From positions 2,425 through 66,424 of the forward strand of contig CAVGRN010000005.1 in assembly GCA_963631545.1 (NCBI GenBank): a DNA stretch of 64,000 nt, written 5' to 3'. Under the pieces are notes generated by a model. It was not told the origin of the DNA. It made no database searches and saw nothing but the letters and a program-made list of their open reading frames with translations. Position numbers and translations under genes: made by a program. Numbering within the stretch: the stretch's first letter is position 1; every line of letters starts with the position of its first letter. The DNA comes from Paludibacteraceae bacterium. GTDB lineage: Bacteria; Bacteroidota; Bacteroidia; Bacteroidales; Paludibacteraceae. Of this stretch, positions 1 to 9,164 are shown piece after piece.

Positions 1-978
1 TTCAAAAGCCTTGGCATTTAACCTTTTATAACCTTGTAGTGCGTTGCGCAACACATCACGATGTTTTGCGAACGCTGGTGGATCAAGTATTATCAGATCG
101 TATTCGCTTTCGGGCATGTTGTCCAAATATTTGAAGGCGTCGGTTGCGATGGCTTTGTGTCGGTCGTCGTTCGGGAAGTTGAGCGATACGTTTTCGTTCG
201 TCAGCTCTATTGCTTTTGCCGAACTGTCTACGGAAACCACTTGTTTCGCTCCGCCGCGCATTGCGTAGAACGAGAATCCTCCTGTATAACAAAACATATT
301 TAGAACGGTTCGTCCAGAAGCATAATACTCCAATAAAGAGCGATTCTCGCGTTGGTCGACAAAGAAACCTGTTTTTTGTCCCTTTAGCCAGTCGACTTTA
401 AAACTCAACCCATTCTCTTTTGCAATGCAATCTTCCTCAGAACCAATTAGATAACCATCTTGTGTATCAATGTTGGCTTTGTGTGGCAACGTGGCTTCCG
501 ACTTGTAGAACACGTTTTTCACTGTTCCACCGGTAACCTCGACAAGGGCTTTTGCCAAATCTTCGCGTATCAAGTGCATACCCACAGAGTGCGCTTGTAA
601 CACGGCAGTGTTGCCGTAGATGTCGACAATCAGTCCGGGTAGGAAATCACCCTCGCCATGGACCAATCTATATGCGTTAGTATCATTGGAATGAGCTAAT
701 CCGATGTCTGCGCGAAGCCGGTAGGCTGCTTCTATTTTTTGCTTCCAAAAATCGTAATTAGGGGTTTCTTTTTCGAAGGATACAATCCGCACGGCAATCG
801 ACCCGATTTGGTAATGCCCGATGGCGCAGAATTGTTTGTCGCACGAATAGACCTCCACGCAATCGCCTTCTTGGGGGCGACCGATGATTTCCTGTATCGC
901 ACCCGAGAACACCCAAGGATGGAATCTTAGAAGTGATTCTTCTTTCTTGGGTTTTAAGATTATTTTGGCAAAATTCAT
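1..978 (-). CDS. Class I SAM-dependent rRNA methyltransferase, RlmI/RlmK-like (first 326 codons; 3' end lies beyond window start)
   Basis: Not in the ORF track because no stop falls inside the window. Reverse-strand translation from ATG 978-976 stays open to base 1: MNFAKIILKPKKEESLLRFHPWVFSGAIQEI...WLKGQKTGFFVDQRENR...VLNMFCYTGGFSFYA...DLIILDPPAFAK. This gives a PUA-like N-terminus plus SAM-methyltransferase motifs typical of the RlmI family. The start overlaps the upstream stop (tcat 975-978 = ATGA on the minus strand). Confidence 0.85.
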   Translation of the reverse strand, partial: MNFAKIILKPKKEESLLRFHPWVFSGAIQEIIGRPQEGDCVEVYSCDKQFCAIGHYQIGSIAVRIVSFEKETPNYDFWKQKIEAAYRLRADIGLAHSNDTNAYRLVHGEGDFLPGLIVDIYGNTAVLQAHSVGMHLIREDLAKALVEVTGGTVKNVFYKSEATLPHKANIDTQDGYLIGSEEDCIAKENGLSFKVDWLKGQKTGFFVDQRENRSLLEYYASGRTVLNMFCYTGGFSFYAMRGGAKQVVSVDSSAKAIELTNENVSLNFPNDDRHKAIATDAFKYLDNMPESEYDLIILDPPAFAKHRDVLRNALQGYKRLNAKAFE

Positions 979-1748
979 CTCTTTCTATCTTTTTCAGTGA
1001 AATTGGCTACAGAAACCAAGAAGGTAACTGAAACGCTGAATAATTGGTTATTAGAACGTTGGAATACGTCTGATTTGTCATTGTTATAAATGTCTCGAAA
1101 ATTGTATGCGTAGCGTCCTCCGACGATGGCGTGGCACTTGCCGGCACGCACGTCAATTCCCAATCCTCCGGTAAGTCCGTAATCCACCGTCCGATGTTCG
1201 TCGTTTATTCTAGGATCGTCATCAAGGATTGCGGAGCGGCGACTATCTTCTGGTATATTCCACTCCAAATCACCGTATTTCGTGAGGAAACAGAATTTTG
1301 GCCCTAATTCAACGAAAAATCTCACCCTCCTTTTCCCGAAAAATATATGGGCGAGGACGGGGATTTCAATGTACTCTAATCGCCTTGAAATTTCCACATC
1401 TTGCACGTTTATTTCGTTGACGAGGTTTATGCCTGAATCGTCGTGGAACGACTCTAACCATCCTGCCTGTGTGTAGTTTACCTCAAATTGCAGCCCGAAA
1501 TGGTTTTGGTGTATGTAGCGGAAAACCGCACCAAACCGATAGCCTGGACGGAATGTTTGGTCGCCTAACTCATTTTGCCGGTACACATCGTTGTGTAGGA
1601 AACTCACTTTTGAGAATCCGACACCGCCGCTGACACCGATGGCAATCTCCTGCATTTGGTTTCGCCTCAGTTCTTGTGCGGCACATGGCAGAATGGCGCA
1701 CAAGAGGGCGATAGTGAGTGCGACTGCTATTTTGAGGTTGAATTTCAT
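975..1748 (-). CDS. Outer-membrane beta-barrel protein (porin family, possibly PorT/SprT-type)
   Basis: 257-aa ORF with signal peptide MKFNLKIAVALTIALLCAILPCAAQ. Alternating amphipathic strands (IGVSGGVGFSKVSF, GLQFEVNYTQAGW, VRFFVELGPKFCFL, DYGLTGGLGIDV, AIVGGRYAYNF) resemble small 8-10-strand barrels of the PorT-containing family. ATGA overlaps on both flanks. The PorT assignment itself is tentative. Confidence 0.75.
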   Translation of the reverse strand: MKFNLKIAVALTIALLCAILPCAAQELRRNQMQEIAIGVSGGVGFSKVSFLHNDVYRQNELGDQTFRPGYRFGAVFRYIHQNHFGLQFEVNYTQAGWLESFHDDSGINLVNEINVQDVEISRRLEYIEIPVLAHIFFGKRRVRFFVELGPKFCFLTKYGDLEWNIPEDSRRSAILDDDPRINDEHRTVDYGLTGGLGIDVRAGKCHAIVGGRYAYNFRDIYNNDKSDVFQRSNNQLFSVSVTFLVSVANFTEKDRKR

Positions 1749-3835
1749 TTCTTGTTAGAATTCTTCTTTGCTTCGTTCTCCAGATTCTCTGCGCAAATCG
1801 GGCATATTTGCATGCTAACGCCGTCTGTTGCCGTAAGTCCTGTTTGGGCATTATGATTGGTCAGGAAAAGACCTTGTGAGTAGAAACCACCTTTTTCTGC
1901 CAATCTTGTGAAATAGAACTTGGATTGCAGTGTTCCCACTTTAACGGGCTGCTCTGCGAACTCAAAATCGTGTCCGTTTGTTGAAACTGCCGTTGCAAAA
2001 TACATTGCCAAATCGTAGCCCACCATTCCATACTGAGGGTGTGAGTTGAATGGCTCGGCATTGTAGAAATGACGATATTTGCAGAGGTAACTTCTTACCT
2101 CGGGATTGGAAAAATCGACGTGGAATGGTGTTACGAAATAGGTCGGGAACACATACATGTCTTTACTGATACTCTGGAAATTTTGCCATTCGGAGAAGCC
2201 GAACAATGCCACTTGCCGTTTGTCGGTTTGTAACATATTCACCATCGGAAGGGCTTGACTGAGAGCTACCTGGTTGGTTGTCAGTGGCACAATGATGTTT
2301 TCTTTGTCGTTAGATAGTGCCGCTCGCAATGTCGCAATATTGTCGAACAAAACCTTGCGGTATGGCACTTTGCGTTCTTTCAGTATTGCTTCAAGCGTGT
2401 CGGCGAACATTTTCTTGTCGTCATACGCTGCGTTTTTGAAACGCCATAAGACAACGTTTTTCTCCTTGAAACTTTTGATGAAAAGTTCTGCCATTTCGTA
2501 GTTCAACTTGTCTGTCGGCGAGTTGATTTGGAATACGTTAGGGTTTACGATTGTCTCGTCTGATTTAGAGGAGAATGGAATCACCAATTTTATATTGTTT
2601 TCCAAAGCAAAATCTGCCATTTTTTTGATTTGAGCGGTGTAAGCCGGACCCACCAATACGTCAAGGTTCTTCATCTCAGGTCGGTCCAATACTTTTTGGA
2701 TTTCATCTTCGCTTTTGCCCGAGTCGTATGTGTAGATATTGAATGACAATCCGCTCTGCCTCAAACTGTCAATTGCCAATAGGAATCCTTGGTAAAATTC
2801 CAAGAATTTTTTAGTGTTGCCATCAATCTTTCCTTTATCGTTCACTTTCGAAAGGTGGAACGGGAGCGTTATGGCGATGTTGATTTCTTTCTTGGGGGTG
2901 TAAGACCGGTCGAAAAGGTCTTTCACGTCGGAGATGGAGTCGAGAACAGTTGATTCCGACACGAATGTGGAGTCGGTGAGCAATGAGTCTGCCGCAACTG
3001 CCGTGTTTGAGAATTTAGGAGGAATGATGAGAATCATACCCTCTTTTAGTCCGTCGTTTAAGTTGGGGTTTAGTTTGACGATTTCATCGTGTGTTACGCC
3101 GTAGGTTTTTGAAATGGAGTAGAGAGTCTCTTTCTTTTTTACGACATGGGTTGAGAATTGGGCGTTTTTCGCCTCCACAGAGTTGGCACGGATGCCCGTG
3201 TTGGAGTGAACAGGCGGAATGATTAGTTTCTTGCCGATTTTCACACCGTCTTTCACATCTGGGTTTAGACGGATGATTTCGTCCGTCGAGATGCCGTAGA
3301 GACGGCTGATGCTGTAAATCGTTTCTCCTTTTCCCACTTGGTGTACGGAGAAGGATGGTTGTTGCACTTTGTCAATTTTTGGCAGAGTGTCGCTCACGGT
3401 CAGTGTTTGTCCTGTGATTTTCTTTTCTGGAATTTTCAGCTCCATACCAGATTTCAGCCCTTTCGTCTTCAATTCGGGGTTGATTTCGTAAAGGTCTTCA
3501 AACGTCACATCATATTTTTTTGAGATAGAATAGAGCGTTTCTTTACGGTTTACTTCGTGGATGGTGTAGCGTTGCTCCTTGTACGGAATCAGTATGACGG
3601 AGTCGAATGCAAGACCGTTTTGTGTGCCGGGATTCACCGCTTTAATTTCTTCCTCCGAAACGCCGAAGCGTTTGCAGATAGAGTAGAATCCTTCGCTTTT
3701 TTGCACAGTGTATTCGTAATAGATTTTGCCGTTAATCTGCTTCTTTGGGTAGTTTAAACCCTCATTGCCAGACACTCCCCATGCCAACGTACTGATGACG
3801 GCAGAAAACAATATACAACTTAAAATCCTTTTCAT
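1745..3835 (-). CDS. LysM-repeat protein fused to a type-1 periplasmic-binding-protein-like domain
   Basis: 696-aa ORF with a signal peptide. Four LysM-like units: YTVQKSEGFYSICKRFGVSEEEIKAVNP, HEVNRKETLYSISKKYDVTFEDLYEINP, HQVGKGETIYSISRLYGISTDEIIRLNP, HVVKKKETLYSISKTYGVTHDEIVKLNP. A ~370-aa alpha/beta domain of the Leu/Ile/Val-binding (PBP1) type follows. Confidence 0.85.
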   Translation of the reverse strand: MKRILSCILFSAVISTLAWGVSGNEGLNYPKKQINGKIYYEYTVQKSEGFYSICKRFGVSEEEIKAVNPGTQNGLAFDSVILIPYKEQRYTIHEVNRKETLYSISKKYDVTFEDLYEINPELKTKGLKSGMELKIPEKKITGQTLTVSDTLPKIDKVQQPSFSVHQVGKGETIYSISRLYGISTDEIIRLNPDVKDGVKIGKKLIIPPVHSNTGIRANSVEAKNAQFSTHVVKKKETLYSISKTYGVTHDEIVKLNPNLNDGLKEGMILIIPPKFSNTAVAADSLLTDSTFVSESTVLDSISDVKDLFDRSYTPKKEINIAITLPFHLSKVNDKGKIDGNTKKFLEFYQGFLLAIDSLRQSGLSFNIYTYDSGKSEDEIQKVLDRPEMKNLDVLVGPAYTAQIKKMADFALENNIKLVIPFSSKSDETIVNPNVFQINSPTDKLNYEMAELFIKSFKEKNVVLWRFKNAAYDDKKMFADTLEAILKERKVPYRKVLFDNIATLRAALSNDKENIIVPLTTNQVALSQALPMVNMLQTDKRQVALFGFSEWQNFQSISKDMYVFPTYFVTPFHVDFSNPEVRSYLCKYRHFYNAEPFNSHPQYGMVGYDLAMYFATAVSTNGHDFEFAEQPVKVGTLQSKFYFTRLAEKGGFYSQGLFLTNHNAQTGLTATDGVSMQICPICAENLENEAKKNSNKK

Positions 3836-3916
3836 TCTTTCCTTTTTCTTTTCGCCTTAATGGGGCGACTCTTGCCTTGTGCGAGAGTGCGCCGCCTATA
3901 TAGACGCAGATTTTCG

Positions 3917-3924
3917 CAAATTTA
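3917..3924 (-). promoter_or_regulatory. Candidate Bacteroides-type -7 box (TAAATTTG) for the LysM operon
   Basis: The plus strand reads caaattta, which is TAAATTTG on the minus strand. This exactly matches the TAnnTTTG consensus, 82 nt upstream of ATG 3835. Confidence 0.35.
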
Positions 3925-4031
3925 TAAAAAAGAGCCGCTATTAATGATTGGCTGCGGAAAAACTTTTACACATTTGGGCTTAAGGCAAGTTTTTTTATAT
4001 TTTTGTTTGGACAGGTATAATTTTCTTTTCT

Positions 4032-4514
4032 ATGGATTACAAGGGTTTAGGAATGCCGCTTCCCAGCGTGGGGCATCAAGACATTGTCCTTTGGCTTTAT
4101 AGGAGATTGTTGAAAAAGCTTCCGAAGAAGTATCGCCCGAATTTGTGTAATAGCGATCGTACGGCGGATTTCATCAAGGGCAAGGGGGAGATTGTGCCAG
4201 ATATTTGCCTGTTTACCAATGTCAGGTTCGATGACGGATGGCAGCACGAGGGGCTTCTTTTTGAAGTAGAGGTGGTTAACTGCAAGGGTCAAAAATCTTC
4301 TGCGGAGAATATTGAACGCCTATTCGGGCGGACGGAGAGTTTGCAGGAGGCATTTCTTTTCAACTACGAAATGGATGAGTGGATTCGCTACACAAGACAA
4401 GATGATGGGCGGTTTAAAGTAGAACACTCCGATTTTTCAAGGACATTCAGAACACATCTTAGCAGATTAGCCAAAGTGGGGGCGAGTATAGAGGAGTATC
4501 GCCAGCTGTTTTAG
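4032..4514 (+). CDS. Small PD-(D/E)xK-fold protein, Uma2-like putative endonuclease (paralog 1)
   Basis: 160-aa ORF. The pattern MPLP..GHQDIV..L...L, then VPDICLF, then LLFEVEVVNCKG...IERLF....LQEAFLFNYE resembles the His ... PD ... ExE/K ... EYW layout of Uma2/DUF820 restriction-endonuclease-like proteins. A clear paralog lies at 17202-17690. The true start may be the conserved internal ATG at 4053. Confidence 0.7.
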   Translation: MDYKGLGMPLPSVGHQDIVLWLYRRLLKKLPKKYRPNLCNSDRTADFIKGKGEIVPDICLFTNVRFDDGWQHEGLLFEVEVVNCKGQKSSAENIERLFGRTESLQEAFLFNYEMDEWIRYTRQDDGRFKVEHSDFSRTFRTHLSRLAKVGASIEEYRQLF

Positions 4515-4524
4515 AATTTCATCC

Positions 4525-5310
4525 TTAACGGAACATCTCTTGACGGGAACTTCTCTTGAATTTGTCTCGCTCTTTCATACTCACTTGGTAGGTGATTACC
4601 TCGTTGGCGAGCGACACTGGGTCATCTTTTGAGTAGGTCTCATTGCGGACGAAGCCGCCCAGTACGCCGTCTTTCATTTTCTTCCCAGGTTTCCAGCCTT
4701 TCCCGATATAGAAAAACATTTGATACCGCCCATTGTCGATTTTGAACGTGTAGGTGCTGTCTGCCTGAACGTATGCATGCGCCACAACTCGTCCGTCTTC
4801 GTTCTGTTCTTTGATTATTGCCACCATATCGAACCCGATGGGCGCAACAACCTCTACATCAGAGTAGTGTTTCTTTTGAGCCGTCCGGTTCTCTCCAAAA
4901 AATGATGAGTAGGGAGCGGAGCCATGGGCTAAAACATTGTTTCCATATTTTTCGATGTCTAATTCAATCTGTAATAGCGAGTCGCGCAGGAACGTCGCCT
5001 CGGGCGTATGCTCGCCTTGCGGATAGGCATGCAGAAATTCGTCGTATGCTCGGATGGTGTTTTTTTCTTTCTTCTTCAGAAAATAATCGTCCTCCAACAA
5101 TGCTTTCCGTTGGTCGACAGACGCTTTGTGCCGACTGTCGGGGTAGTCGTCCAAAAACTCAACGTACGATACGACGGTGTTTTTGCATACCGCACTCCAA
5201 TAGTCTGCCGTTTCCGTAAAGATGAGCAGAAATGCTGTTACGAGAACCAGTACGCCTAACGCGGCAAGGGTTACTATCTTTCCAACCGAGTATTTCATAA
5301 TTGTAAGCAT
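4525..5310 (-). CDS. Membrane-anchored protein with two TPR-like (YbgF/BamD-type) repeats, function unknown
   Basis: 261-aa ORF with an N-terminal TM helix ([20 protein letters not shown]). Two tandem units, [13 protein letters not shown] and [13 protein letters not shown], are followed by a beta-rich C-terminal domain. The alternative start ATG 5298-5296 forms an ATGA overlap with the dxs stop (5295-5297). Confidence 0.7.
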   Translation of the reverse strand: MLTIMKYSVGKIVTLAALGVLVLVTAFLLIFTETADYWSAVCKNTVVSYVEFLDDYPDSRHKASVDQRKALLEDDYFLKKKEKNTIRAYDEFLHAYPQGEHTPEATFLRDSLLQIELDIEKYGNNVLAHGSAPYSSFFGENRTAQKKHYSDVEVVAPIGFDMVAIIKEQNEDGRVVAHAYVQADSTYTFKIDNGRYQMFFYIGKGWKPGKKMKDGVLGGFVRNETYSKDDPVSLANEVITYQVSMKERDKFKRSSRQEMFR

Positions 5311-7235
5311 TTATTGATGGCATTGAGGATGCCGTCTTCGTCCATACCATACAGTTTGTACAATTCCTGTTGTGTGCCGTGTGTTGCGAACAGGTCTGGC
5401 AACCCCACTCGCACTATTTTCACATCGCTGATTCCGTTGTCTGCTAAAAACTCCAACACGGCGGAACCGAATCCTCCCTGCTTCACGCCATCTTCCACGG
5501 TTACGATTTTTTTGAATCGTGCGGCTATCTCGCAAAGCAAATCTCCGTCCAATGGTTTTAGAAACATCATATTATAGTGTGCCACGGAGATACCGTTCTC
5601 TTGGGCTTTTGCCACGGCTTTTCTCACTGCATAGCCCAACGGGCCAAGAGAAAGAACGGCGATATCGCTTCCATCGGACACCTGATATCCTCTGCCGATA
5701 CTTATTTCTTTAAACGGAAGATGCCAATCAAGCAGTACGCCTTTCCCACGAGGGTACCGAATCAGAAACGGACCGTGTCCGGGCTGAGAGGCGGTGTACA
5801 TTAGGTTGCGGAGTTCCACAACGTTCATCGGCGATGCGATGGTGAGGTTTGGTACACAGCGAAACGCTGCCAAGTCGAACGCTCCGTGGTGTGTTGCGCC
5901 ATCTGCCCCGACTAAGCCAGCACGGTCTATGCATAGCACCATATCGAGATTTTGAAGTGCCACATCGTGTATCACGTTATCGTATGCTCTTTGCAGAAAT
6001 GAAGAGTAGATGTTGCAAAACGGCATCATACCCATCTTCGCTAATCCTGCGGAGAAAGTTACGGCATGCCCTTCGGCTATTCCTACATCGTAGACCCTGT
6101 CCGGCATCTCTTGCATCATAAATGACATAGAGCAGCCCGACGGCATAGCAGGTGTCACGCCAACGATTTTTTCGTTTATTCTTGCCAAATCCAGAAGAGT
6201 ATGGCCGAACACATCTTGAAAGAGTGGAGGGGTGTCCTTGGTAATGGGCGGAATCACACGTTTGCCGGTTTCCTTGTCGAACACGCCTGGCGCATGCCAT
6301 TCGGCGGCAGAGAGTTCCGCAGGTTTATAGCCCTTTCCTTTGATAGTCTTTATATGGAGGACTTTCGGTCCTTTGTAATTTTTTATCTCTTTGAATATCT
6401 TAACCAACTGCAGCACATCATGGCCATCGACGGGGCCGAAGTAACGTATGTTCAATCCTTCAAAAATGTTGTGCTGATTGGTCAGTGCGGCTTTGAGTGA
6501 GTTGTTTCGGCGGATGTAATCTGCCTTGTTCTTCTCGTTCACCCAACCCATTTTTTGCAGAATTTGCGAGAGTTTGTACCGCCATCGGTTGTAAACCTTT
6601 GATGTGGTGAGTTTTACAAGATATTCGCTCATTCCGCCCACAGGCTTGTCAATCGCCATGTGGTTGTCGTTTAACACCACTAATAGGTTGTTTTTGTAAA
6701 ACGCGGTGTTGTTTAGTCCCTCAAAAGCCAGTCCGCCAGCGATTGATGCGTCGCCAATCACAGCCACGGTGTGCGTTTCTTTTTTTCCGAGATGTTCCGC
6801 TGCGATGTCCATACCCAATCCGGCTGAGATGGAGTTGGATGCGTGTCCGGCGATGAAGGCGTCGCACGGACTTTCGGCAGGAGAAGGAAAACCCGACAAG
6901 CCGCCGAATTTGCGATTTGTGCTGAATTGTGCCTTCCGTCCGGTAAGGATTTTATGTCCGTAAGCCTGATGACCTACGTCCCACAATATATTGTCGGTTG
7001 GCACATCGTACACATAGTGAAGGGCTACGGTCAGCTCCACAACGCCAAGACTTGCACCGAGGTGGCCTGGGTTGTGGGACAATTCCTCGATGATGAACTG
7101 CCGCAGCTCGTCGCAGAAACGGGGCAAGTCCTCTTCTCTGAGCGTTTTCAGGTCGGCTGGCGAATCAACTTTTTTCAGTAGATCCCCCATTATGTATGAT
7201 GTCGAATTATCCTTATCTTCCATTTCGTTTTTCAT
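5295..7235 (-). CDS. dxs: 1-deoxy-D-xylulose-5-phosphate synthase
   Basis: 646-aa ORF. Motifs: [53 protein letters not shown] (TPP-binding), transketolase-like C-terminal half. The exact start among the Met codons in the first 16 residues is uncertain. Confidence 0.96.
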   Translation of the reverse strand: MKNEMEDKDNSTSYIMGDLLKKVDSPADLKTLREEDLPRFCDELRQFIIEELSHNPGHLGASLGVVELTVALHYVYDVPTDNILWDVGHQAYGHKILTGRKAQFSTNRKFGGLSGFPSPAESPCDAFIAGHASNSISAGLGMDIAAEHLGKKETHTVAVIGDASIAGGLAFEGLNNTAFYKNNLLVVLNDNHMAIDKPVGGMSEYLVKLTTSKVYNRWRYKLSQILQKMGWVNEKNKADYIRRNNSLKAALTNQHNIFEGLNIRYFGPVDGHDVLQLVKIFKEIKNYKGPKVLHIKTIKGKGYKPAELSAAEWHAPGVFDKETGKRVIPPITKDTPPLFQDVFGHTLLDLARINEKIVGVTPAMPSGCSMSFMMQEMPDRVYDVGIAEGHAVTFSAGLAKMGMMPFCNIYSSFLQRAYDNVIHDVALQNLDMVLCIDRAGLVGADGATHHGAFDLAAFRCVPNLTIASPMNVVELRNLMYTASQPGHGPFLIRYPRGKGVLLDWHLPFKEISIGRGYQVSDGSDIAVLSLGPLGYAVRKAVAKAQENGISVAHYNMMFLKPLDGDLLCEIAARFKKIVTVEDGVKQGGFGSAVLEFLADNGISDVKIVRVGLPDLFATHGTQQELYKLYGMDEDGILNAINKCLQL

Positions 7236-7262
7236 CCAATTGGAATTTCATCATAAAATGAA

Positions 7263-7289
7263 CTCACGAATATACAAATTACTCGTGAG
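7263..7289 (-). terminator. Hairpin between the MBOAT gene and dxs
   Basis: ctcacga (7263-7269) pairs with tcgtgag (7283-7289) around a 13-nt loop. On the minus strand it is followed by ttcatttta. The stem is short, so this is a weak call. Confidence 0.35.
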
Positions 7290-7308
7290 ATTCATCTTCA
7301 CCTTTGCA

Positions 7309-9162
7309 TCAGAACTGGAAATAGATGAATTTTTGAAGGTCTGCCGTGATGAATTGATAGATCACAAATACAAACGCTGCTACGCTGACCGCCATCACTG
7401 GAAGCGGAAGTTTAGCGAATGCTATTCGGTATCTTCGTTTGAAATTATCAGGTAACCAGTGGATTATCATTCCAAGCACGATTAGGGCGAATACATTGAT
7501 GTAGCCTAAGGTGATTTGTGGAATCAGCGAGCAGTCCCACGTTCCGCCAATCTGTGCGACCATATTTTTTGCGGTGTCCCACGCTTTCTCGTTGGCTTCT
7601 GCGGGATTGAGGTTGGAGCCGGCGCGGAAGAAGAGCCTCGTCCAGGTGATGAAGACGAATGTTTGGAATACCGCCCAACACATTTCCACCCATTTCATTT
7701 CCGATTTTCCACCTATTATGTTATAAATGAGTCGGACGAATGTCCCGATGAAGATGATGCCTGCCCAAACCGTCGCAATGTTCCACACTGGTGCCGGGAA
7801 GAGGTAGGCAACGGCGGCGCATACCAATGTTATGGCTGCTATTACCGCTGTGCGCACATACACGTCCCAGTCTTTCCAAAAGCGATAGACAATCATTCCG
7901 ATGCCGTTCAGACCTCCCCATATCATAAAGTTCCAACTTGCCCCGTGCCACAGACCTCCGAGTAGCATAGTGTTCAACCTGTTCATATTTGATGTGAGGT
8001 TTTTCTTTTTCTCGGGGAATTTGTAGCAGTTGATTGTTACGATGGCTGCGATGGCAAGGAGTATGATTGCCACCCAAATGCTACCCGAAAGTATGGTTCC
8101 CACCAATGCGATGGTCAATATGCATGCGTATGTCCCGAAAGATGCGGTGCGGTTTCCACCGAGAGGAATGTAAAGGTAGTCTTGCAGCCACTTCGAGAGG
8201 GAGATGTGCCAACGTTTCCAGAACCCACCGGGGTTGGTGGCTTTGTAGGGCGAGTTGAAGTTGGTGGGCAGATAGAAGCCCATAAGCATTGCCACACCGA
8301 TGGCTATGTCGGTATAGCCTGAGAAGTCGGCGTATACTTGGAGCGAATAGCCGAACAGTGCCACCAAATTTTCAAATCCGGTGAACATCGTTGGGTTTTC
8401 AAACACGCGGTCTACGAAATTGACAGCGATATAGTCGCTTAAAATGATTTTCTTCGCCATTCCGTTTAGAATCCAGAACATAGCAATGCCGAACTGTCGC
8501 CGAGAAAGGAAGTATTTTTTTGTGATCTGAGGGAGGAACTCGCTCGCACGCACAATAGGCCCCGCCACCAACGAAGGGAAGAAGGTAACATAGAATCCGA
8601 AGTCAAAAATATTGCTCACGGGTTCGACGCGCTTTCTGAATATGTCCATTAAGTAACTGATACACTGGAATGTGTAGAACGAGATACCGACGGGAAGAAG
8701 AATCTGGTCGACGGAGAACGCTGGTCTGCCTGCGATTTCGTTGCCCACCCAGGCGAAGGCGTTAAACACTTCGATATTTGTCCCGAATAGATTGTTCACC
8801 ATATCGGCGAAGAAATAAGCATATTTGAAATAGCAGAGTGTGAGCAGGTTGACAAGCAATCCGAACACTAACCAGCGTAGTTTGCCTCCGTCGGTCTTGC
8901 ACTGGAAGATTTTCGCTCCGGTGAAATAGTTGAACAGCGTTGAGAACACAAGTATGAGGGTGAACCATCCACTCGTTTTATAGTAGAAAAAGACACTGAC
9001 GAGGAATAGGAACGCATTGCGAAGCAACACTTTGTTGTGTAGCAGACTGAACGCTGCGAACACAAAGATGAAGAATATCCAAAAGTAGTGCTGCGTGAAG
9101 AGCAGTGGCGACTGCGGGTCGAACGCAAATGTGTCTTTTAAGAAATTTAGTAGTATTTCCAT
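7309..9162 (-). CDS. MBOAT-family membrane O-acyltransferase (AlgI/PatA/DltB-like)
   Basis: 617-aa polytopic ORF. MBOAT signature surrounds the invariant His: FWKRWHISLSKWLQDYLYIPLGGNR. It is the last gene of a four-gene minus-strand operon. Confidence 0.9.
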   Translation of the reverse strand: MEILLNFLKDTFAFDPQSPLLFTQHYFWIFFIFVFAAFSLLHNKVLLRNAFLFLVSVFFYYKTSGWFTLILVFSTLFNYFTGAKIFQCKTDGGKLRWLVFGLLVNLLTLCYFKYAYFFADMVNNLFGTNIEVFNAFAWVGNEIAGRPAFSVDQILLPVGISFYTFQCISYLMDIFRKRVEPVSNIFDFGFYVTFFPSLVAGPIVRASEFLPQITKKYFLSRRQFGIAMFWILNGMAKKIILSDYIAVNFVDRVFENPTMFTGFENLVALFGYSLQVYADFSGYTDIAIGVAMLMGFYLPTNFNSPYKATNPGGFWKRWHISLSKWLQDYLYIPLGGNRTASFGTYACILTIALVGTILSGSIWVAIILLAIAAIVTINCYKFPEKKKNLTSNMNRLNTMLLGGLWHGASWNFMIWGGLNGIGMIVYRFWKDWDVYVRTAVIAAITLVCAAVAYLFPAPVWNIATVWAGIIFIGTFVRLIYNIIGGKSEMKWVEMCWAVFQTFVFITWTRLFFRAGSNLNPAEANEKAWDTAKNMVAQIGGTWDCSLIPQITLGYINVFALIVLGMIIHWLPDNFKRRYRIAFAKLPLPVMAVSVAAFVFVIYQFITADLQKFIYFQF

Positions 9163-9164
9163 TC

